From Klebsormidium nitens (Eukaryota > Plantae > Klebsormidiophyceae): a stretch of 64,000 nt of DNA. The notes beneath the pieces were generated by a model that did not search any database, was not told the DNA's origin, and saw only the letters and a program-made list of their open reading frames with translations. The stretch covers positions 912 to 64,911 of the forward strand of contig DF237441.1 of assembly GCA_000708835.1 (NCBI GenBank). Direction: 5' to 3'. Numbering within the stretch: position 1 is the stretch's first letter; every line of letters starts with the position of its first letter. Below, piece after piece: positions 13,601 through 23,150 of the stretch. Made by a program: the position numbers and the translations under genes.

Positions 13601-15802
13601 ACGGGAAAGATAGGCGCACCTTGGTTGACTCGTTGTTTCATTGTCGTGCGCTCAACCTACTTCAGAGATTAGTGACCGTGGCTTATGCGCAGGGTGGCAC
13701 CTTATATTGTCCTTAACCCGACTTTGAGGTAGGTGGGCTTCTCAAACAACATTCTCTAAGTGACGACCTTGTGCTCATGCATGGACGCGATTTGTAAAAT
13801 TTGCGACTCAAGGCTCCAAAGACTGAGCGTGCCAATTTGGCCCTGCTCGATAATTTTAAGGTCTACATATGCATTAGAAGCGCATGGATATTCGACAGGA
13901 GATTAAAACGTGCTCATCTTTCCTGAAAGATGTCAGGAAAAGGGTTTCAATCGCTTAACCTTGCAGAAGAAGGGGCACAGTCCTCGTACATTGTGTGCAA
14001 CAGACAACGGCGCCTTTTTCTTCTTTAGCGCACTTACATGGCGTGTACAGCTCTGCCGAGGTGGTGGCTCCGGCTCTGCCAAGGCCGCCTGCCAGAAGCA
14101 CTTTGCCATTGTCCAATAGAGTATTTGTCAGAAACCGTCTTGAGGATGTCATTTGGGTACCTGTGGTAGTCCCATGCTCCAGTTGCGGGGTCGTAAAGCT
14201 CTGCCGGCTGAGGATTGTTTGCAGTGTCTCGGCCCACGGCCATGAGTACCTGTCCACTGCGGAGGGTGGTCCCGCCATTATAGGTATCCGGGCCCCTCCC
14301 AACCGCCATCTGCCCCACCGAGACCCATGTGCTGGAACTCGGGATATAAACCTCAGTGGACACTAGACTTAAACCCTGATCGCCGGTTCCACCTGCAACG
14401 AGCACGCCACCCACAACCAGCTTGTTTGCACTATGGTATGCCCGCGCAGTATTCATGCTGCCGGTGGCGGTCCAGCGATTTGCATTCACGTCATACAGCT
14501 CCGCTGAAGCCGTGTATGCGTCTCCGCTGGTACCGCTGCCAGTACGTCCGCCGGCCACAAGCACTTGCGGGGGGTTTCCAGGTAGCAACGTTGCCGTGTG
14601 GAATTGCCTACTCATGCCCATGTTGCCGGCAGCAGACCAACTGTTTGTTGTGGCCGAATACAGCTCCGCTGACGAGACAAGAATTAGATCACTGTCCAAA
14701 ACTCCGAAGCGCTGCCCCCCCATCACAAGCACGGTGTTTGCGTCTCCCAATGCAACAGCCTGAAAGGTATGCCCTCGCTTCCGCCATCCGATTCGTGGTT
14801 ACCCCCCAAGTGTCTGTTGCTACATTATAAACCTCTGCAGTGTTCAGCACTGTGCCTGCAACACCGTAGCCACCGGCAACCAGTATGACCCCGCCGCCGG
14901 ACGACAGGTATGTTGCCGTATGAGCGTGTCTTGCAGTTGACAAGGATCCGGCGGGGCTCCACATACCGGTAGCTTGGTCATACATTTCTGCGGATGATAG
15001 AACCCCGTCGATCCCAACTCCACCAACGACCAAAACTTTCCCGGTCCCAGGAATCAACGTGGCGGTGTGGAGAAATCTTGACTGGGTCATAAAACCGGTT
15101 GCAGTGAATGTTCCCCGTCCATTATAACTGCACGGTGAAAAGTCAGAATTGAAAGTTCCAGGATCCCCTTGGCTGTGTTTGCAAGCAAGTAGCAGCTCTT
15201 AACAGTTGCATTACCTGAACCGATTTTGAGGGGCCAGACCGGGCATTGAGACAACTTGGGCGGCCCTCAGCCTAATCTACAATAGTGCATAAAATTCGGT
15301 TGAAGGAGCACTGACCAGAAAATCCCTACACTCAAGCACCTAAAGCTGCCACTTTTATGCAGCCTCTTGTCATCCTAATGATCAAATTTATGTGCAAAAA
15401 AACTGTTAGACAGGTCAAAATTGTGCTAGCGTTAGTAGAGATTTCTGCTTTGTGGCTTTGTCGTAACACATACAATCCAACCTAGAACCTACAGGAAAGA
15501 CGTCCAAAGCAGATTGACCATTGGATGGCAGAGGCAAGCAATCAAATTGATGGAACAGACATGCAGGCCGACTTATCTCATAAGCTCATAATGACAGCGG
15601 CCTACCATTCTTCAAGGCCTGACTTGGATCAGTACTCTAGCTCAGGCTTCGTTTGATTCCAACCAACGAGAAGGACGATCAAAGCAGAGGCGTGCATCTC
15701 ACCGGGCTGTGCTGTTATGCCTAACTCATTCCAGCCAGTAATCAGCAGATAGCTGACCAGGAGAGCAAGGACCAAACTGCGGCAACTAGATTTCCGCGCC
15801 AT
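10628..15802 (-). CDS. Secreted protein: signal peptide, 7-blade kelch beta-propeller and root-cap/VWD-like domain
   Basis: Exons on the minus strand: 15802-15703 (MARKSSCRSLVLALLVSYLLITGW, signal-peptide-like), possible 7-nt micro-exon 15488-15482, 15271-15215, 15127-14038 (seven repeats of the type MxxxRxxHTATLL..GKVLVAGG..SAELYD; +1 frameshifts near 14766 and 14172), 13418-13288 (EDPH..FDFHGEAGRTYCMISDSCLQ), 12814-12585 (LNVLMFG..GTWMSGFGILY), 12037-11822 (HYLNFEV..DVHG), 11350-11192 (FLGQMF..STADCAFNRF), 10690-10628 (stop). The C-terminal half follows the plant root-cap protein pattern DPRF..FYFHG..FCIVSD.L.IN..FTW..LGI..VHG.LGQT..C..RF. The join at 12585/12037 needs one more indel or a small extra exon. 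Confidence 0.82.
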
Positions 15803-17030
15803 TGGCCTGTAGGACTGGTTAGTGTTTGATTGACATCCTCGATGGTGTAAGTGAAGTGCTCAGGCTTGACTAGAGGTGAGTCAAACATAAAAAGCTTCCT
15901 GCCAGAAGACCCTTTATAAACCCACCCCAGCAGAAACTGAAGTGGCAACTTTGTTTGTCACACATGATCTGTCTCCAAATAACCCATAATAAAGCAAGGA
16001 TGTCTGCAAGCAACCCTATACAAATCCAGCAGCTAAAGAGCCTGGTGCACTTCAGATCATTCACTCATTTAAAAAGAAGTGTCACCTAGAACTCACTGTG
16101 GTTCAACAGCTGCTAAGTGTTCGGCTTGCTCGACCTCCACCAACGAGAACGCTTGGCAACTGCGCAAGGCAAACAAGGTCGTGTGACGACATTGCAACTT
16201 GAGTCCAGCCATGTACAGACAATTGGAAGGAGGGCAAGACATATTCTCTATCTTAGCCAGCCCAGAAGCCTTTCAATGAAAGGCGGACAGCAGTCAAAAA
16301 CTTTAACAAAAGTTTTGGAGTCTTTGGACACCCCTGTATGATGCATTCATAGAAAAGTATACGTAGCATGAGTTAGCTTTACTACCGGCCATTGCGCAGC
16401 AAAGGTGGCCCCAACTACGGGCCAGCTCCTTGCAGGAAGCTATTACTCAACCACAAGATCCAACAAGCAGCTATGTTTTCAATTGTTGAATAAAAACTTC
16501 TCCAAACCACAGGCAAAGCAAAATGCACAGGGCATGGCAAGACTAGATGGCTACAGCAACAAGGTATTGGAGACCAAGCCGTGCAGGCATTGTCTCAACA
16601 AGGAAGGCAGGTTCTCATTGCACTCAGTCTGCACACGCTGCCGGGTCAGCGCTGCCATGCCTCCAACTTGAAGTCACCAGAAAGAAGAGAATTCAACCAA
16701 ACAGAAAGCTTTAAGCTACATAGTACTTGCATTGCTCCGGTGTACATGAGCTAACGGGGAAGCTAATCTAGTCAACTGCGACACAGGCATCCTCCTGCTT
16801 GTATCAGCACACCACTCCTGCACGTGCGCTGCACCGAAATGCTTCACATATTTGGAGTTGTTTCTGTCACCTGGTGGGCAGCCTAGGTGTCACCGGAAGG
16901 GCACGGCCCTGGCCGTCCCCTGAAGAGCACCGCTAGGGGACCGCTAGCTTTCGTAATATTGATAGGAAAAAACGGGGACCAGGCCACCATTCAATGATTT
17001 GCAGCCTTTGAAAATGGACTAGCTAGAAGC

Positions 17031-17125
17031 TGCGGTGAAGGTAGATAGAATGGAATAGCCTGATAGAATGGTATAGATAGAATGCGGTGAAGGTAGAAAG
17101 AATGGAATATATAGGATAGAATGGA
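17031..17125. repeat. Short purine-rich direct repeat built on ATAGAATG units
   Basis: TGCGGTGAAGGTAGA(T/A)AGAATGGAATA at 17031 and 17083, with further ATAGAATG copies between and after. Confidence 0.6.
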
Positions 17126-17363
17126 TTAGGTAGAAGAGTCGGATTCGGAAAGAGGCACATACGTACAGGCAGATACGAGGCACGTCACGTCACCGGATCG
17201 ATGTCTTAGAACGAGACTTCCCCAGCATCAGCTCGAGTCTTTGTCTCTCTAGTCCTAGTTTTAGAGTCAGACGGACCCTCTAGCTCTACCAAAGGTTGCG
17301 CCGCGGCGACCTCAAATGTGACCACCCTATCGGTGCAAGCAGGGGTGCGCACTGCGCTCTTAT

Positions 17364-17455
17364 GTACGGACAGTACGGTTGTAGTACGGTACGGAAATTT
17401 ATGGTGGTTGGTAGTGTAGGTAGTACTACAGTACTTCCAGTACTGGTACTAGTAC
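17364..17455. repeat. GTAC-motif cluster, 9 copies in 92 bp
   Basis: GTAC starts at 17364, 17373, 17384, 17389, 17423, 17431, 17440, 17446 and 17452. Confidence 0.75.
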
Positions 17456-18553
17456 TATTACGAGGATTAGCTGGGGTTTGAACATTGGTGCATCATGCAT
17501 GTGCGCCCACCCCCCCCCATTGGTGCCACTAATAATAGCAGACTCCAGAGAGCTCGCCACCGGGCCACCGGGAGAAACAGTGGCTCCGGGTTGGCCGGTA
17601 CGTCGTCACGTACAACAAAAGCTGAAAGCGTGATCCTTTCGTGCCACCGGTATCCAAGAAGCGGCCGGGGGGGCCGGCGGCAGCGGCAGTGGGCAGCGCG
17701 TCACCGGCGCCGATCGCGACCGGGGCGGTACCCAATGTTAGCGCCCCCTGCACTCGAAGCTTGGACCTCCGGGGGCCGGAACACCGGAACAGGCCCCCCC
17801 GGCGGGAAAGTTGTTCATGCGGTTTGCGGGGGCCGGCGGTTACTTACCTATTTGGCCTGGTCACGAGTACGTCACGAATTGTCTCGGAAGTGCGGGGCCC
17901 GGGCCCTCAATGCCTCGATACCCCCGGGCCCTGGGGGCACCAATGTGGACATTTGTATTTGAATATTTTAACGTGTATACGGTACTGGTAGTCGAGTACC
18001 TATACAATATTGAGTCCGATACGTAATGCATCTCCTCATCTACAACTTGATATAAGCGAGTGACGTGGAAAGGAGCAAACTTCATGTACGGGATTGGGGT
18101 AGATGGCTAATTAATCGGATGATTGGAGTCTGGGAGTCTCTATATCTAGGTCGTTCATCTTTTCAAACTTTCAAATCAACGGAAACTTTCAAAGTTTCTA
18201 CGGAAATCGCCGGAAGTAATTTCCCCCCCCCACTTTTCTTGTTATATTTCGTTTTCCTGTTTCTATTTTTATTCTTGGATTATTTTTTGAAAATTCTTCA
18301 TGCAGAACAGTTCTTGCTGAGGTCAGCATCAGTGACGTTAGCATAGGGTGCATTTTGTATTGTGTCAGACATGCTGCGACGGTGCTAGCTGACGAGACAG
18401 TACTCGCAATCTGACAATATTAATCTCATTCCGATCAGCGTGTCGCTCGGCGGCACACGAGATGCACTTGTACTCAGAAACAGCTGTGAACGATGTAAAT
18501 GCATGGGACAGTAGCTCCGAACGGCTGAAGCATCAATACGATCGTCGACTGCT

Positions 18554-18637
18554 CCGTGTTTCCCATACTCACCCTAGTAGTGAACCTTTAATCTCGAGAT
18601 TGAAGGTTCACTACTAGGGTGAGTATGGGAAACACGG
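18554..18637. repeat. 84-bp near-perfect spacerless palindrome with one T/G mismatch
   Basis: CCGTGTTTCCCATACTCACCCTAGTAGTGAACCTTTAATCTC|GAGATTGAAGGTTCACTACTAGGGTGAGTATGGGAAACACGG. The centre is at 18595/18596 and the only mismatch is 18589T/18602G. Confidence 0.95.
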
Positions 18638-18652
18638 GGACGGGGACGGAGA

Positions 18653-18678
18653 CGGGGACGGGTGATCACCCGTCCCCG
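18653..18678. repeat. 26-bp perfect palindrome within an ACGGGG repeat run
   Basis: CGGGGACGGGTGA|TCACCCGTCCCCG, preceded by ACGGGG ACGGGG ACGGAG ACGGGG. Confidence 0.9.
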
Positions 18679-19635
18679 GCCCGGGCAGTTAGCGCCGCAC
18701 TTATCTGCGCCAGCTTACGATATTGGGATTTCCATAGATTTTTAAGAGTCGACGTCAGTCTCATGATGCGGCTTCTGATGGGGCCAATGGCTGCCCAAGG
18801 CCCACAGACCTGGCCCCCCTGCCCCCCTCAATCAAAAGGGACACTTTTCCAACTTTACAAACTTCAGCCATACATGATTCGGTAAGGAATCATTGGAAAT
18901 ATGGTCTGAAGGGCCGGTAATTTTTCTTTTGTTGATTATCTAATTACTTGTTACTAAGACGCAGATACCGATGAAGCCATCTTGAAACAGTATGAAGTTT
19001 GATAATTCGGAACAGTTGACTTGAAACCTGTTGCTACTGAGGCACTGCGCACTGCACCAGATGGCCCTTCTTTGCAACCACGCACTCACTGGCATGAACG
19101 CACGAGACTTGCTCGAAATTGCAACATATATATCCAAACCCTGCCCTCCGACTTGGTTTGATTGCGGTCTGACGGTTCCTGTAATCAAGGGCCTGCATTG
19201 ATTTTACAAGAATCTGAGTGCAGCTTTGGGTTGCTACTCATAGAAACCACTCTGCAACTCCTGCTGTACTAAGACGACTACGCATGAGAAGTGCCTAGCT
19301 TACTCTTCAAAGTGCCTTCAACTCCAAACCCAGAATGTCGAGTTCTTGAAGAACTCTCACGAGCGGGGTCCTGGTTTTCAGCCTGACCGGACCATCCTGA
19401 TTGACTCCATTTTGTCTCGTTCGCAGAATAATTGCCCTCACCAGGTGTATATGAAAATAGCGCAAAACTGGCGTATTCTAGTCCACATTGTTCCCATAGC
19501 TTTCCTGAAATCTTGATGACGCCACCAACTGCAAACCAATCCTTGCATGCCTGCCCGTCAGGTTCGCTCCTTTAGAATCTGAAACTGGACGCGACGGCGA
19601 AGATATGGCTGCCCGCACGGGGTGCCTTTCCAAGC

Positions 19636-19945
19636 ATGCGGCTCAAGGTTGTCATCGGTGCCCGGGGCGTGGACGCAGAGATCTTTAATTCGTGGACAAC
19701 GCAGCGGTGCGCGGCTTCATCGGAGCGACACTGGGGGCTCCCGGAAAGTCCGTGCGTACTACGATCGACATGGAGTCGTCCGCCGTCGCCATCATGGTGT
19801 GTTCAAATTCGTGGTCTCGGGGCTGTAGTACACCGTGTACCTCTTTCTGGCAAGTCGAAACCTGCTGAGCCCCGGCAATCGAGTCCGAGGCTGCCAGCTG
19901 GACGGTCGAACGGTCCACGTTAAGCGGGGCAATCAATGCGTAAAC
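19636..19945 (+). pseudogene. GC-rich coding-like island, possibly a decayed RRM-like fragment
   Basis: A mosaic of three frames reads MRLKVVIG..VDNAAVRGFIG..VRAYYDRHG..GVFKFVV..GCQLDGRTVHVKR. The end resembles the RRM C-terminus (LDGRxIxV). The reading needs frameshifts and passes a stop. Confidence 0.25.
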
Positions 19946-22480
19946 CCAAGAAGACTCGTTTGCGCAGCTTCTCTTGGTTATAACGTCTTGACTCACTTAA
20001 TGCCAAACAACTTCAAGGAACCCTAGTGTAACAGCCACAAGAGTAGCTGCTGCCATTTCTCAAAGAAGCCGTTACAATTTGAAGAGCTCAGTGCGTTTGC
20101 ATTGAATCTATTAAACTCGTTGTTAGAACACGTCTACTAAGCAAAGAAAGAAAAGTGGAACGGTTTTGAGACACGCTTCGTGTTTGAGAATTGACCGCCT
20201 GCAGCTGTCGTGCACGAGACCGATCGTTGCTCGCAAAAACAGATAATTAAGTACTCTACAAGATATATGAATAAGTTGGTATGCTCGGAGCCTGTCCCTG
20301 CAGGTCGCGACGTCGAATGGCCTTCCGTTCATCGTCTTAATTTATTCCGATCCGTCTCCGACCTGGATGGGGGCGGACCCCAATCGAACGAGGTAGGAGA
20401 TACGTCAATCCGTTTCTTGATTAATTAGACTGTGGCCTGACCCGGAACGCGATAGCAGCATCGGAAACTTCTGTGTGCAGGGGACTGTCGCATGGGCTAT
20501 CTTTAGTACGAATCTGCCACCTGGCCCTCAGCGCGTGCTCTACTCGCGCTTCAATGTATGACAAGCAAAGGGAGGTTGGCACTAGAAGCTCTTCCAAGGC
20601 TCTGACGTACGGAGGCTTTTGTCCCGTTATCTGCAAACCGTCTACGCACTGTCAGGATAGAGCGTGACAACTTTTGTAAGGCAGACAGAACCCAGATTCT
20701 GGTTTATTTGGGTGTCGACCAAGGGAAGTAGCTTCAAATACTTCAAGGTGAAATTGCCTGCAACTTGTGCAAGTAAGATATGTGGACAAAATCTTTACTA
20801 GCGGGCCAGACGTACATGCAGACTTATTGAGAGCTCGCCCAAAACTGGTCAGGAGACGACCTTCACAGGGCCGGGATCAGAACAGCAAGATTCAAACCTC
20901 TGTTTATCCATACAGGCTGGGAGCCTCTTTGGCCCCGCCGCCTTGAACGCCTACAAGGTCCTCAACGCGCTTATCGTGGCAAGACCTGGATACCAAGCTG
21001 CACGCATGCTGGGACTGGCTACAGACGTTTAAAATGGACTCAAGGCGGGGTTTCGATCTAGTTTTGAAAGCTAGCTGAAGTTTTCAATTCAAAAGCGTTG
21101 ATCGAAGTCGGCGTTGCATGGGCCTGACTCCGTTCTGCAAGTTGACATAATGTACAGACCGCCATAGAGTTCCGGAGAGGTTTCCGTCATGCAAACTGCA
21201 TGCAGAATGCAATGTCGCGTAGTAACGTTCTGCGGATCAGACGATAGTTGCCAAGGAGAGACGCTCGCAAGAGCTGAGCTGTAAGGAATTCAGTGGAGTT
21301 GCTTAAGTTCCAGACCTCCAAAGCCGCGAAAGTGGAGAAAAAATCCCAAAAAGAGAGTCAGACTTTAGGTATGTGTTCAAACTTCATCCCGAGCGCCGTG
21401 TGGGGCAACTCGAGTACGTAAGTCACTTAGAATAGTACACGAATGTTCTCAAATCATGAACGTGAGTGAGCAAGAGCCTACCGGGTCAGCTATAAGCACA
21501 CGCTCTAACATCCTGGAAATAAGATTTCACTTTAACCCGAAGAGGCGCTGGTATGATGGCACTTAGTCAAAGACAGAATAGCCTTCAATCGATCTTACAA
21601 CATTCAGTCCGAAACATGAGCACGTACACTGCTGGAACGGCGCAAGGCTCAATACGTATAGCGGCACTCCCTAAATCGTGGAGACAACAAGTTTGATACC
21701 TTCTAATTTGGCGACTCACAAGTTCAACTGTTGCCAATGAATGCAGAATCAGTCGATTCGATCAAAGTTTATTCAAGGGAACGTTACAGACTCCGTTACC
21801 AACAATGTATGCTATTTATGATTTATCTTCCTTTCATATAATACTTATGATCGATTATTCAACTAGGTCTTTGTCTTTTATCTTGTCCTCGTTGGCTTCG
21901 AAACTAGATCGAAAGGTGGTCACGACAACCCCGGACGTCCCTGTCCTGCATTTTAGTAAACATCTAGAATCATTTCGATGGCAGTTGATCAAAACCCCAT
22001 TCCCTATAAAGCACTAAGTGCAAATTTGTCATGATACGTTACGCCCACAGCCTTTTGCCTCGAATTAAGAAGATGGCGTGCAATTGAGACAGTCGATTCC
22101 AACAGAGGAAAAATTGACGTTTATCAAGGATGAAGGTTATTTTGGTCACGTGTGACGCCTATAAGTGCATGGGAAACTATTCTGCTTAAACAGGATCTAA
22201 GATGCTCGGCCGAGCATGGTATCTACAAAAGAATTTTGAGTCCAGCAAACCGGTAAAGACCTTTCTCAGAGAATCCAAATATAGACGGTGCTCCTTGGGC
22301 GAAGTTCAATTGTATTGAAAGCTTTCGGCGTTTCCGATGCGGGACAGAGCGCTTCTTTCGTGCTTCTTTCGCGGCTCTTTCCCGGCCGTTGATCAAGACA
22401 CACGGAGCCCGCCAGAGCCCAGGGGAACGAGCGGAGGGGACGCATGAGATTGGCCATTCAGGGTGACCCAGCTGAAGCTT

Positions 22481-23150
22481 CGCAACAGGCAGCGGGAGGC
22501 GAAGTGGGGTGTGGTCGCCAAAGCCTAAGGGGAAGCGTTCCAGCGGGTGCCACGTGTCAGGCAAACAAGCGCCCTGCATGCGCAACGGGGTTGCACCGAG
22601 TCTGGGCCTCGCAGGGTCAAGCAGCTGCCGTCTCCAGTTACCTTTGGATGGCTTATGCAGCTAGCTGCAGACAAGCTCTCAGAGCCTAAGAGCGACCCGA
22701 GCTCTCGAGAACGGACCCGGACCTTCCGCGCAGCGTGACGTCAGCCTCTCCCGGGGGCCTGCGCGAGCGCCCGGAATGTCCTCCAAGCGGCGGGTCCAGA
22801 GCCCTGGACCGAGCAAGTCGCCGCTCTGAGGGGCTGATTCAAGCAACCGAGACGGGGGGCCGGATGATCGGGGCGGGGCTGGGAGCGTCCCTCCGAAGGC
22901 TCGCGTTGCTGCGGGATCGACGGCGGACTGAGGCAGGGGGCCCTAAATGACCGGGGCGGCAGACCGGAACGCTGAGCGTCAAAAGAGCCTTCGCGCCTTG
23001 TGCCTGACCGGCCACGCCAGCTTCCGAGAGCCACGGACAGTCTCCCCTGGAAGTTATCCCCCAGGGGCGCGAAAGCGCGAGGGATGACGTCAATAAGGGC
23101 GGGTCCGAGGCGTCAGCGGCGGAGGCGCGCTGTGGACGGAGCTGAGAGTG
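22481..23150 (+). pseudogene. Decayed duplicate of the 3' end of the GATA-like/Tudor gene (about 36324-36966)
   Basis: Collinear blocks: cgcaacaggcagcgggaggcgaagtggggtgtggtc vs cgcagcaaacagcggaaggcggagggcggtgtgtggtc; agcgttcc..tgccacgtgtc; VAALRGLIQATETGGRMIGAGL vs VVAVRGLIEATQESGRAFLAGL; gggatgacgtca; gctgagagtg vs gctgaaagtg at the stop. Confidence 0.7.
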
